The translations under genes and the position numbers were made by a program. A DNA stretch of 64,000 nucleotides from a virus: IMG/VR virus record IMGVR_UViG_3300047678_000431, positions 21,174 to 85,173 of that record. One strand, 5' to 3'. The notes under the pieces are model-generated. The model worked only from the letters and a program-made list of their open reading frames with translations. It searched no databases and had not been told where the DNA came from. The first letter of the stretch is position 1. Every line of letters starts with the position of its first letter. This document shows, piece after piece, positions 19,105-28,891 of this stretch.

Positions 19105-20088
19105 ATGAGTCTTCCGTCCGTTTCTCCGGCGACTCCGATTATCCCGACGCTCGGGTCGTTTAATAAACCATTACCGCATACGAATTTGAAGACGGTCAAA
19201 CGATTGCTTCTCGGCTTGCCGCTGGACGTATTCAAAGACGAAGACGGCCGCCTCACAACGTTTTATGAAATGATCGAGGAGACGCTTATCCCTGAAGCGT
19301 CAAATCGCATCGCGCGGTTCTGTCGGACAAATTTCGATTACACCCGCGAGACATGGTTTTTCAACGGCACATATTCGCATGAGTTGGTTCTTCCTCGGCG
19401 GTTTATCGTCGCGGTGAATCTCGTCATGTTGCGGTATTTGCCCTCGGCGATATGGTATCGGTTTGTGCGTCCGCGTTTCCTTGACGGAAGTGAATTCACC
19501 GCGATCGGCGGCATCGAGCCCGCCCTTCCGGGACCTGAAGAGCTTCCACCGGCGCCGACCGGTGTGACGTACGAACAAACGGTTCAAGATATTATTTATA
19601 CTGGTATCGAGGACGCGGATCTCTTTGTCGATCGACGTCGGCGAACGATTACGATCCCGCCGCGTGTCCTTTACGCGTCCGTACAAACCCCCGAATGGAA
19701 TTACACGTTTTTCAACGCGACGATGAATGTTGAAACCCATTTCACTTATGGGTTCCCCCCGATTGCATACACCGACGGCCGACCGTTGATTTTTGATCCG
19801 GTGACCGGTGTCATGTCACTGACGTCGCCCCCGACGGAAAGTTGTCCCGGTGGCGCGCCGGTTGATTGGTCATCGGGCATGCCGAAGGCGATTCAACAGG
19901 CCTGCGCGCGCATTGTTCTCGCCGATATTCTTCGGCGTCTATGGCGCGGCATTTCCGGCGGCCTTTCGTCGATTTCGGTCGACGGCGCGTCGGAGTCTTA
20001 TGGAAATTCGCCCTTTGGTGGCGAGGCGGAGCGCGAAGAAGCGCGCGCTTTCGAACAACTCAAACCCTTCGCGATTCTCATGCTCTAG
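19105..20088 (+). CDS. Head-tail adaptor/connector
   Basis: EASNRIARFC, TYGF...MPKAIQQACA, LSSISVDGASESY; follows capsid. Confidence 0.7.
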   Translation: MSLPSVSPATPIIPTLGSFNKPLPHTNLKTVKRLLLGLPLDVFKDEDGRLTTFYEMIEETLIPEASNRIARFCRTNFDYTRETWFFNGTYSHELVLPRRFIVAVNLVMLRYLPSAIWYRFVRPRFLDGSEFTAIGGIEPALPGPEELPPAPTGVTYEQTVQDIIYTGIEDADLFVDRRRRTITIPPRVLYASVQTPEWNYTFFNATMNVETHFTYGFPPIAYTDGRPLIFDPVTGVMSLTSPPTESCPGGAPVDWSSGMPKAIQQACARIVLADILRRLWRGISGGLSSISVDGASESYGNSPFGGEAEREEARAFEQLKPFAILML

Positions 20089-20098
20089 GAGGCACCAA

Positions 20099-20596
20099 AT
20101 GCAAGCCAAAGTAAAAGTTTTCTCCGCTCACCGCGAAGTTCGCGCGTGCGTCGGTCGCACATGGGACAAAGACGGCAAGCTCACGATGTTCTATCGTGAT
20201 TTCGTTCCGAAGAATGCAAAAGCGACCACCGGTGAAGCATATCTGACACCGGAGGAAGCAACGTTTTTAGTCGATTCGAAAGAGAATCAAAAACGCGCCG
20301 CGAGCGGTTCGCCTCATTATTGGTACCCGGCCGGTGTTCCGCTCGGAATTCCCCTTGATAAGGACGGTTATTTTACGCCCGCACTCAACGATACCACGAC
20401 GAATATCAACGATTCTCGTCAATCCGAGGCGGCCGAAATCGTCAAACGCGAGATGGAACAAAAGATCGCCGAAGCGCAAGCGCGCCACGATCAAAACCTG
20501 ATCACGGCGACTGCCGATGCCGAAGAGAAACGCGCGAAAACAAAAACGACAAAAGAGAAAGTTTCGCAAGAAACACCTTCGCACGAAACGGAGTAG
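20099..20596 (+). CDS. Hypothetical neck-region protein
   Basis: AGGAGG RBS. Confidence 0.7.
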   Translation: MQAKVKVFSAHREVRACVGRTWDKDGKLTMFYRDFVPKNAKATTGEAYLTPEEATFLVDSKENQKRAASGSPHYWYPAGVPLGIPLDKDGYFTPALNDTTTNINDSRQSEAAEIVKREMEQKIAEAQARHDQNLITATADAEEKRAKTKTTKEKVSQETPSHETE

Positions 20597-20600
20597 ATTC

Positions 20601-21104
20601 ATGAATGCACAGAGGGCCTCGAGGTTATACGCGGACCTCGGGTCTGTGCTTTTATGGGAACATGCTATTCCCGCCGATCCTGAAACGGTCGACCGGGCAA
20701 CCGGCACGCCGCGCCTTACGGCTGGCGGTCGTCGGCACGGCAAGGATGAAGGCCATTTCGGCGAGACGTTTCATCCGCCGTATTCGGTGTATGGATATTT
20801 GCAGAATAAGATCACGACAACGTTCTCCGAAGTGTACGGCGTTGTCGACGATCACACGATGCAACTGACGGTTCCCGCAATCATCGTTCCGAGTGTTGCG
20901 GATGGTATTCGCGCGCTCCCGGTCGACCTCAATATCGCGTACGAGAACGGCCAGTTCGTCACGCATAAGAAGGGTGAGACGTGGGCGCGCGATCGCTTCC
21001 GTCACTTAAAGATCACGTACATCGTTAAGAGTACCGCCGTCCCGATTATCTGTCGCAATGCAACGGTCGCATGGCGCATGCTCGTCGCGGCGGACACGCT
21101 GTAA
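20601..21104 (+). CDS. Putative head closure protein
   Basis: Position and size; DRF...TYIV pattern. Confidence 0.5.
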   Translation: MNAQRASRLYADLGSVLLWEHAIPADPETVDRATGTPRLTAGGRRHGKDEGHFGETFHPPYSVYGYLQNKITTTFSEVYGVVDDHTMQLTVPAIIVPSVADGIRALPVDLNIAYENGQFVTHKKGETWARDRFRHLKITYIVKSTAVPIICRNATVAWRMLVAADTL

Positions 21105-21114
21105 GGGTGAAAAT

Positions 21115-21747
21115 ATGGGCCTCGATGACTTTTCGGGAATCGCAGGCTATGAAGTAACGGCGGATGTGAAAGGCCTCGACGGCGTCGTGACGACGGTTGA
21201 AAAAGGCCTCGACGCGATCCTCGACCTTCGTCGCGTTGTTCGACAATATCTTGCCGAAGCGCAATCGCAGGCCGTACGCAACGTATCCGGGATTGAAGTG
21301 CAATATAGCGGCGGCACGTTTACGATCAACCGGCAAACCGGCAAACTCGTGCGATCTATTCAGATTTATGATAGCGGCCCGCTTTCCGGTTACGTTGTGG
21401 CCGGTGCGAATTACGCATCCGCACTCGAAAACGGATCACCCGCGCGAGATATGAAGCCGTCTCTTCTTGGGAAAATCATTCCCTTTCCAGTTACCGGGAC
21501 GACAAAAGAAAAGAAACAGGCGGTCGCCGACGGCAACGCGACTGCGATTCAGAAATACGGTAGCACCGGCCGAAAAACGCGTGTCGAGTATATCGCGTTC
21601 CGCAAAGTCGGACCAAATTCAAAAGGGTTTATTATTCCCGCGCAGCCCCCGCGTCCGTTCATGCAGGCCACGGCCGAAGTGATCGGGCCGAAGTTTTCGC
21701 GCGCCGTTGCCGACGCATTCGCGAAATTCATTACCGATAACCCATAG
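21115..21747 (+). CDS. Neck/tail completion protein (HK97 gp10-like)
   Basis: RQTGKLVRSI, YASALENG, PAQPPRPFM. Confidence 0.75.
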   Translation: MGLDDFSGIAGYEVTADVKGLDGVVTTVEKGLDAILDLRRVVRQYLAEAQSQAVRNVSGIEVQYSGGTFTINRQTGKLVRSIQIYDSGPLSGYVVAGANYASALENGSPARDMKPSLLGKIIPFPVTGTTKEKKQAVADGNATAIQKYGSTGRKTRVEYIAFRKVGPNSKGFIIPAQPPRPFMQATAEVIGPKFSRAVADAFAKFITDNP

Positions 21748-21756
21748 GGGCAAGCT

Positions 21757-22464
21757 ATGCCGGTTCAAGTTTCGATCGACTCGCCGACGACCGATTATCG
21801 TCAACGCGATCTTCGTGATCCGAATAATAAAGAAACCATATGGCCGGTTCCCCACGATGCGAAAATCGACATTGGTGCGGTCATTGATTCCGGCCTAAAG
21901 ATTCTCGGTATCGACGACGTGCCGGTCATTCAAGACGGTGCGTTTGACGATTCACTTCTCACGAATAAACACGGACAATCGGTGCCCGTCGTGTCGATCA
22001 TGCGCACGGCCGACATCACCGCGCGCGAGGCGCTGGGTGGTCGCATTGGCACGTTTATCGGCGGCGAAAGTCCGCTTCTTGATCCGTGCGGGATCGTGCC
22101 TGATGGCGAACCGGTTGATCTCTTCGCAGAATTCTCCGTCGTAACGCTCGACGTGACGATCACCGATTTCATCGGGTACCGCGCAAATCAAATGTATCTC
22201 ATCATTAAGTACGTCATGATGACCGCGCAATCGGTTTTGCATAAGCTCGGATACGTTGATCTCAAACGCCTTAACGGTGTTGATCAAGTGCAATCAATCG
22301 ACGCCCCCGCTGGCGGATTATTACATACGCGAACGCTCACGTACCAAATGAAACACCCCGATTTCGTTGCCTCGCTTCCGACCCTTGTCGAGCTAGTTAA
22401 GCAACGCGTCGAGACGCTGCCTGTCGGCGTGTCTACTGGACCGACTCTCGGCACCGACATCTAG
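21757..22464 (+). CDS. Putative tail terminator protein
   Basis: Immediately upstream of sheath. Confidence 0.5.
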   Translation: MPVQVSIDSPTTDYRQRDLRDPNNKETIWPVPHDAKIDIGAVIDSGLKILGIDDVPVIQDGAFDDSLLTNKHGQSVPVVSIMRTADITAREALGGRIGTFIGGESPLLDPCGIVPDGEPVDLFAEFSVVTLDVTITDFIGYRANQMYLIIKYVMMTAQSVLHKLGYVDLKRLNGVDQVQSIDAPAGGLLHTRTLTYQMKHPDFVASLPTLVELVKQRVETLPVGVSTGPTLGTDI

Positions 22465-22507
22465 TCGCTGCCTCGTTTTTGCATCCCTCTACAAAGGAGC
22501 ACGCTCG

Positions 22508-24100
22508 ATGGGGATCTTTTCTTTCAACGGCCAGAACGTTTATGCGCCGCAAGTTCTTGTACGCACGGAGATCGGCGCGAATCGCGCGTTGACGTTGCTT
22601 CCGAACGGTGTCATCTGTTTCGTCGGCGCCTCCGACGGCGGTCGGCAAAACGGGATATATCAATTCAATGACCTACCATCCGCGCAGCGTCTACTACGAT
22701 CGGGCGACTTGCTCGATGCAATCGTCGCCGCCGTAGGCGAAGGTGCGAGCGCCGGTTTCGTTGCCGTGGTCGCGAACACGAAGACGAGCGCATCGAGTAC
22801 GATCGACGGGTCGACCGGTGAAGTCGCGACCTTATCTTCGGGCGATCAAGGATTCTACACGAACTCGATTTCATATAAGATCGCCGCCGGAACAAATAGC
22901 GGTTTTGTCTTCACGCTCACCTATCTCGATCAGAACAATAACACGATCACCGTCGGCGGCCCGGGTACCGCATACGATAATCTCGTCGACATGGTCGCAT
23001 TGCAGACGCTGCTCGTGAATAATTCCGTTGTCACGCCTCCGGCATCGACGAACTTGCCTCCGGTTGTGACGTTGACCATTACGACAAACGGTGTTCCGAG
23101 TAGCACGGTCGGATTCGTGACCCTGGCGGGCGGCACCGGCACCGGTACCGATGCGCTGACGCAACCGGAGGTCGAAGCAGCCGTTGACGAGCTTGCAGAC
23201 GTCCCCTTCGACATCGGCCATCTTGTGAAGTGCTATAGCTTCGCGATGCATAATTACGCCGACACGTTCGGCGGTCAGAAGATTGCGCCGTTTGGAAAGT
23301 TGCGCCGGTGGATTCATCAAGCGCCGCTTACCGGCGCCTCGGCAACGAATTCAAAGGCGGTCAATTCAGAGGCCGTCGCAAACTCCGTCATCGCGGCCGC
23401 GAACGCGATCAATTCGATTCGTTCGAGTTCGATGGTGCAGCAGGCACTCGTTTACAATAGCGGCACCGGAAAGCAGGCGTGGATGGATTTCGCGCCGCTC
23501 GTGTGCGGACGTGCATCCTTCGTCGGCGCAAATGACAACTGGGGACCGGCCTCACCGCTCACCAAGGTCGCGTTTCAAACCGTCCTCGATGTCGATTATG
23601 TTGCGCTTGCCACAACCGGCGACGTCGATCGCGCACTTGAGGCGGGCGGATGGATATTCGAACGGAATAGCCGGGTCGCGACGCTTGGTTCCGTGCAGAC
23701 GATTCAGTCGGTTACGACCGCACCGGTCGACCCGAACACGGGCCGTCCTTGGTTGTATTCCGAGTTCTCGATCGTGCGCGTTGCCGACGCGGTTCTTGCA
23801 AACGTCAAGGCCACGATTGAAACGCAAACGCCGCGCGCAATCGGCGGCGGTAATACGCCGAAGACGATGGCCGCGATCCTCTCTGATGTCGTCGACGTGC
23901 TCGAAGCGGCGAAAGATAATCAATGGATTATCTCTTATGATCGGTCCTCGATCACGATCAGTACGATCGGCAACCTTGGCGATGCCGACATCGTCAATTA
24001 TTCAATGGTACCGACGCCGCCGCTCAATCATATCGGCGTCACGCAAACGCTTCTCGCCTTCTCCGCGCAATTAACTGCCGGGAATACGGTCAGCAGCTAA
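22508..24100 (+). CDS. Tail sheath protein
   Basis: 530 aa; FVGASDGG, LRSGDLLDA, TLAGG.G, IQSVTT, SIVRVAD; AAGGAG RBS. Confidence 0.9.
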   Translation: MGIFSFNGQNVYAPQVLVRTEIGANRALTLLPNGVICFVGASDGGRQNGIYQFNDLPSAQRLLRSGDLLDAIVAAVGEGASAGFVAVVANTKTSASSTIDGSTGEVATLSSGDQGFYTNSISYKIAAGTNSGFVFTLTYLDQNNNTITVGGPGTAYDNLVDMVALQTLLVNNSVVTPPASTNLPPVVTLTITTNGVPSSTVGFVTLAGGTGTGTDALTQPEVEAAVDELADVPFDIGHLVKCYSFAMHNYADTFGGQKIAPFGKLRRWIHQAPLTGASATNSKAVNSEAVANSVIAAANAINSIRSSSMVQQALVYNSGTGKQAWMDFAPLVCGRASFVGANDNWGPASPLTKVAFQTVLDVDYVALATTGDVDRALEAGGWIFERNSRVATLGSVQTIQSVTTAPVDPNTGRPWLYSEFSIVRVADAVLANVKATIETQTPRAIGGGNTPKTMAAILSDVVDVLEAAKDNQWIISYDRSSITISTIGNLGDADIVNYSMVPTPPLNHIGVTQTLLAFSAQLTAGNTVSS

Positions 24101-24114
24101 ACCGATACCACATA

Positions 24115-24150
24115 CGCCCGCAGGTGATACTACTGCGGGCGTCTTCTTTT
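24115..24150 (+). terminator. Intrinsic terminator-like hairpin between sheath and tube
   Basis: cgcccgcag...ctgcgggcg then tcttctttt. Confidence 0.7.
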
Positions 24151-24166
24151 GTTTAGGAGATTTCCT

Positions 24167-24688
24167 ATGGCTGGACTCGGTTCGCTCTCGAGCCAAATTT
24201 CCCAACAGCTCGGCAGTTTTTCGCTACCCGGCGCGCTCGGTTCGAGCATGCAAGCAGACGGTTCAAAAACAACGACCGCCGTCAATATTGCAATCGTCAT
24301 CAATGGCGTCGTGCAAGGCCTCATACGATCGTTACGATTCGAAGAAAGCTTCGATCAACATCCGGTCAAGGTTGTGGGAGGCGCGGTCGCGGCCGCAATT
24401 ATCCCCGGCGTCTATACCGGTTCGGCAAGCGTGTCGAAAGTGTTTCTCTTTGGCGTCGATCTCAACACGGCATTCGGCGGAAACGTCCGACCGATTAGCG
24501 GCAAGTCGCAAACGACACAAGACTTCACGAAGTTGTATTTCAATATCGTCGTGTTAGATAATCAAGGCAATCCCTTGCAAATCTTCCACGATTGCGCACT
24601 TAACTCAGTTTCAACGTCCGTCGAAATTGACGGTGTGATCATCATGGAAGAAGCGTCCGTTGTGATCCGTTGGAGCGAAAAGGACTAA
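24167..24688 (+). CDS. Tail tube protein
   Basis: After sheath; beta-rich, IIMEEASV C-terminus; AGGAG RBS. Confidence 0.8.
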   Translation: MAGLGSLSSQISQQLGSFSLPGALGSSMQADGSKTTTAVNIAIVINGVVQGLIRSLRFEESFDQHPVKVVGGAVAAAIIPGVYTGSASVSKVFLFGVDLNTAFGGNVRPISGKSQTTQDFTKLYFNIVVLDNQGNPLQIFHDCALNSVSTSVEIDGVIIMEEASVVIRWSEKD

Positions 24689-24698
24689 CAGGACACGA

Positions 24699-24729
24699 AG
24701 GGGGCCGGGCAACCGGCTCCCTTTTCTTT
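24699..24729 (+). terminator. Intrinsic terminator after tube gene
   Basis: ggggccgg-gcaa-ccggctcc (GNRA loop) then cttttcttt. Confidence 0.75.
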
Positions 24730-24739
24730 GGGAGGCATC

Positions 24740-25486
24740 ATGTCTAAGTCGGCACTTATGGAAAAGAATTACGCCGCAGATATTTCACGGCTCGCAGCAG
24801 CGGCGGAAAACATCGGCAATCAGTTACAGAGTGGCAACGTTGCAATTCGCGAGATCGAAATCAAGACCGCTGACATTTCCGTCGGCGATGAAGTTCCGGT
24901 TGAAATGCAAGGGGCACCCGAAGCGGCTCCTGTTCAAAAGATTTCAAACGCGGATGAGTCTCTTCCGAAAACAGATATAAAGACGACCATACCGCGCAAA
25001 CGCGCGACCAAGAAAACGCCCGAGCCTGCACCGGCGCGCACGCTTACCGATGCCGAAATCATCGAACGCGTGCGGCCTTTTGTCGATTCGAGTTACCTCC
25101 GACCGATCTTCATTTCAAAACCGGTTATGGGACGCGTATTTATTGCGATGTATCCCTCGTATGGCGAACTTGTCGGGGCGGAAAAGTTGCTCGGAACTCC
25201 ATCGGGTGACGAGAATTCCGTGCAAGAGTATATGGTTCTCGCCGAGTTTTCCGCCGCATTTAAGGGATGGCTCCCCGAACATGATCAAGGCGTCATGACG
25301 ATTCTTTCCTATCCGGGCGATCTTGAAAAATGGCCGAAGCTCAACAAGGTCGAGTTCCTCAATAACATATGGCCCGCAATGCGATCGGTTATCATTCCCG
25401 AACTCGTGCAGCAGTATTACACATGGAAACATGACGTCACGCCGACGGATGATGAAATGTCAAAATTCTTCGGTCTGGTGAAGTAG
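24740..25486 (+). CDS. Tail assembly chaperone (gpG-like)
   Basis: Between tube and tape measure; GGAGG RBS. Confidence 0.65.
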   Translation: MSKSALMEKNYAADISRLAAAAENIGNQLQSGNVAIREIEIKTADISVGDEVPVEMQGAPEAAPVQKISNADESLPKTDIKTTIPRKRATKKTPEPAPARTLTDAEIIERVRPFVDSSYLRPIFISKPVMGRVFIAMYPSYGELVGAEKLLGTPSGDENSVQEYMVLAEFSAAFKGWLPEHDQGVMTILSYPGDLEKWPKLNKVEFLNNIWPAMRSVIIPELVQQYYTWKHDVTPTDDEMSKFFGLVK

Positions 25487-25701
25487 CGTCTTTTTTCCTT
25501 GGACTCTATCAGACTTGGAATCGCATGCACGACTTTCCGTGGAGCGCCAAGGAAATGACGGCCGTGCATTTTCTGTATATGCAAAAGTGTGAAGAGGCAA
25601 TCGGGCATCGTTCCGGTGCTGGCGGAACGCGATCGCGACATATTCAGGGAAATGCGGCGTTGTATGACACGCTCGAACGGAAGATACAGGCAAAGGGATA
25701 A
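25462..25701 (+). CDS. gpT-like -1 frame extension of tail chaperone (not in ORF track)
   Basis: Frame open 25456-25701: KILRSGEVASFFLGLYQTWNRMHDFPWSAKEMTAVHFLYM...; no strong independent start. Confidence 0.55.
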   Translation, partial: KILRSGEVASFFLGLYQTWNRMHDFPWSAKEMTAVHFLYMQKCEEAIGHRSGAGGTRSRHIQGNAALYDTLERKIQAKG

Positions 25702-25710
25702 GGGTTTTTC

Positions 25711-28047
25711 ATGGCTGAAGCGATTGTCAAACTCGCGATCGCGGACGCTGCGACGGCTCGCATTCGCACGATTGCCGGTGAACTCAAAGACCTTGCAAAA
25801 GCGGCAAAAAGTGCCGGTATGCCGGACGCGGCCGTCCTCGGACGAGGCGCCTCGCAGTTGCGCAATGTTGCGGACAACTTCGGTTCGGCAAAACGTGAGG
25901 CCGACGCCGCCGCTGGCGGATTCTCGAAGGCGAAAGAAGCTCTCGGCGCGTTTACGAATTCTGCCGGTCTTGGTTTTGCGAAGAGTTTCATCGGTCTTGG
26001 TGGCGCGGTTGCGTTTGCGGCCGCTGCCGGTAAGGTCATCGCTGATTCAATACGCCTCGCATCGGAATTTGAACGCGTATCGCAGCGCGCAACATATTCC
26101 CTTGCATTAGGTCGCGGAAATCTTGCGGCGCAAGTGCAGCAGTTGCAACGCGCGTCGATGGGTTACTCGGCGTATGGCATGAACGGCATTCAGGCCGCCG
26201 AGATGATCGGGACCTACGGACAGGCATCCGGTGCGACACAAGGTCAGTCGATTGCCGCCGGACGGGGCATCGCGACGTTCTCGCGCATCATGGGCATGGA
26301 CCCGAGTGTCTACGCCGGGCAAATGGGCCTTCTCTCGCAATATGCGGGAAAAGACGTCGACGCGAATTCCCGCGCCATTTTCGGCGCGGCGCAATCGGCT
26401 GGTGATGCCGGTCGGCGTCCGACGGAGTTGCTCGGAAACGTTGTCAATCTTTTGACGCAAATTCAGGCATCGAACCCATACGGGAAAGATGGATTGAAAT
26501 CGGCTCTTTCCGAAGTTGTCGGGATTTCGAATCTCGGTGGTTTCTATCAATCAACGCAAGGTCAACAAAACGCGATGGCAGGTGCGAACGCACTCGGTTC
26601 ATCAATCGGCGGAAGTCCATACCTTACGCGCCTTGCGTTGCGTGCCGGTTTGAGTCTTGAAGACATCCAAATGGGCACCGGCAACATCGCCGACATCTCA
26701 AAGATCACGCAAGCGATGTATAAGGACACCGGCGGAAATCGTGCGATCATGGGCGCGCAGTTTTCGAAGATGGGTATCACCGGAAATAACGGCCGAGCGT
26801 TGCTCGATTGGGCGATGGCGCATCAAGGCAATCTCATGGGCGCATCGAGTCCGATGGCGCCCGCCGCCGTGCAAAAGGCCTTAAAGCAGTACCAGGATTC
26901 TATTCCCGGTCAGCAAGACCGCATCAAAGCGAAGTTCGAAAACGGCGAGATCACCGCCGGTGACGCAATCCTCAAGGCAATCATTCCAAAACTCGCGGCG
27001 TTGACGGATGCTTTCTCGAATTTCGTGCATACCTACCCGGTCGCTATGGGCGCGGTCGCTGCCGGTCTTGCGGCCGTTGCGCTCGCTCTTGCATTGCGAG
27101 GCAAAGGCGGCCCGGGGCTACCGAGTCTTCCCTTTGGGGGGAAACCTCCTATAATCCCGGGGGCTGGCGGCGCGGGAGCAGCTGCCGCCGACGGTGCGGC
27201 GGGCGGCGGTGTGATTTCAACCGTTGCCGGTTTTGTATTAAAGCGACTCGTGCCCGTTGTCGGCCTGGTCTTGGCGTTGCGTGGTAATACGGAAACGCAA
27301 GCGGAAGATGATTCAGCAATCGCGCAAGATTCTGCGCGTCGCGATAAATCATTTCGCATGCACCTGAATTCTCCAAGTAGCTCGAAGATAGATCTCAAAC
27401 GATGGCTGTATGCAATTCGCTCGCGGGAGTCGGCGAACAAAGCGCATCCGTATGGCGATTATGGCGTCGTCAATAGTATCGGGGCGATGGGTGCCTATCA
27501 GTTTATGCCCGACACGCTCATGGGCGGATACGATTCAAAACACGTCTGGCATAATGGATATGCGCAGAGCATGGACCCGAAGCTCCTGCAAAAGCTCGGG
27601 CGCGCAGGGTTCGCAAAACATTTCCTTGCCGATCACGACATGCAAGACCGTTATGCCGCGAACATGATACAAAACGGGTTCGCGCAAGGCGTCCGCAATC
27701 TTCACGATTACGGTGCGTATCATCTCGGGGGATATGGCGGCCTCCTAAATCTGCGGCGTGGTCGCGGTGACGATCCGAGATATGGTGACGGTCAGTCGAC
27801 CTTGAACCAAGAGGGCGACGCGATGGACTACGGTTACGCGCACGCTCCTTCGCAATTCATCTCTTATCAGGCGCCGAGTGCTGCGAAATCAAACGCGCAT
27901 CATCCGGCACATCAAAACGGTCAACATCATTCGGCCGCAACCGTTGCGCCCGGTCACGCACATGTCACGGTTCCGGGTGGTCATAAGATCAAGCTCACCG
28001 CAACGCTTGAGCCGTCACGTACCAAGGCAACAACCTATCGCAATTAA
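25711..28047 (+). CDS. Tape measure protein with C-terminal lysozyme-like domain
   Basis: Ala/Gly-rich helical region; IRSRES...GAMGAYQFMPDT...QD muramidase motif. Confidence 0.88.
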   Translation: MAEAIVKLAIADAATARIRTIAGELKDLAKAAKSAGMPDAAVLGRGASQLRNVADNFGSAKREADAAAGGFSKAKEALGAFTNSAGLGFAKSFIGLGGAVAFAAAAGKVIADSIRLASEFERVSQRATYSLALGRGNLAAQVQQLQRASMGYSAYGMNGIQAAEMIGTYGQASGATQGQSIAAGRGIATFSRIMGMDPSVYAGQMGLLSQYAGKDVDANSRAIFGAAQSAGDAGRRPTELLGNVVNLLTQIQASNPYGKDGLKSALSEVVGISNLGGFYQSTQGQQNAMAGANALGSSIGGSPYLTRLALRAGLSLEDIQMGTGNIADISKITQAMYKDTGGNRAIMGAQFSKMGITGNNGRALLDWAMAHQGNLMGASSPMAPAAVQKALKQYQDSIPGQQDRIKAKFENGEITAGDAILKAIIPKLAALTDAFSNFVHTYPVAMGAVAAGLAAVALALALRGKGGPGLPSLPFGGKPPIIPGAGGAGAAAADGAAGGGVISTVAGFVLKRLVPVVGLVLALRGNTETQAEDDSAIAQDSARRDKSFRMHLNSPSSSKIDLKRWLYAIRSRESANKAHPYGDYGVVNSIGAMGAYQFMPDTLMGGYDSKHVWHNGYAQSMDPKLLQKLGRAGFAKHFLADHDMQDRYAANMIQNGFAQGVRNLHDYGAYHLGGYGGLLNLRRGRGDDPRYGDGQSTLNQEGDAMDYGYAHAPSQFISYQAPSAAKSNAHHPAHQNGQHHSAATVAPGHAHVTVPGGHKIKLTATLEPSRTKATTYRN

Positions 28048-28058
28048 AGGGGGAATTT

Positions 28059-28868
28059 ATGCCGGTCGTTCCTGGCCTTACGGGCGCCATTCCCTCACCT
28101 TTGCAGGCAATCGACGACGTCGTCTCGGTCTATACGACCCGGGCGACGGAGTCGAAGGCGATTATGAATGCGCAGAGCGAGGCGCTCAACAATCGCATCG
28201 GACAGGTTGCGTCGATTCTCAATGCGACGCCCGTCAATCCACGAATCACACTCACGCTCGAAGGTACGGCGGCAAATAAGAACACGAACGTCGTACCGTT
28301 TGCGCCACGCGCACCCGGATCACCCGGACGTATCCCGCTTGTGTCGGCAAAGAATCAAGCGGCGCCGAGTATCAATGCGACCCTCGTCTTTGACGTCGTG
28401 ATGGGTTTCAATGGGTTTGCTCAGAATATTTCGTACACGTTTTCGCCGAGACAAACAACGCACCAAACCGCAGGCGGTTTCTATGTCGACGAGTTTGGTC
28501 TTGCGCCGGGGTCACTCGCAATCGACGTACTCGTCGCGACGACAAACGATCTTCAATCCCAACTTTCGCAATTCACCGCAATCCTAGAGACTGCAAAGAA
28601 GGCAAATCCGCTTTCGCCTTCCTTTGCGCAGGTGTTGCGGTATGTGAATGCATTCGACGGGCGCGCGTTTTTGCTCACGCAAACGCGTCTCGATGTGCGC
28701 ATGCAAAACGACCGCCCGAATCAATTACTTATTTCGCTTTCCGCCGACATCCTCACCGATTACTCGGCATCGCAACAACCCGGCGGCGCCTCACAGGTGG
28801 CGACGACAATCAACGGCAGTCAACAAACGCAGATTTATCAGTCGATCGCGGATTACGTTTCGGTGTAG
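28059..28868 (+). CDS. Baseplate/tail tube initiator-like protein
   Basis: Follows tape measure; QTAGGFYVDEFG motif. Confidence 0.6.
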   Translation: MPVVPGLTGAIPSPLQAIDDVVSVYTTRATESKAIMNAQSEALNNRIGQVASILNATPVNPRITLTLEGTAANKNTNVVPFAPRAPGSPGRIPLVSAKNQAAPSINATLVFDVVMGFNGFAQNISYTFSPRQTTHQTAGGFYVDEFGLAPGSLAIDVLVATTNDLQSQLSQFTAILETAKKANPLSPSFAQVLRYVNAFDGRAFLLTQTRLDVRMQNDRPNQLLISLSADILTDYSASQQPGGASQVATTINGSQQTQIYQSIADYVSV

Positions 28869-28891
28869 AAGAAAAGAGAAGGAGTCGCATT

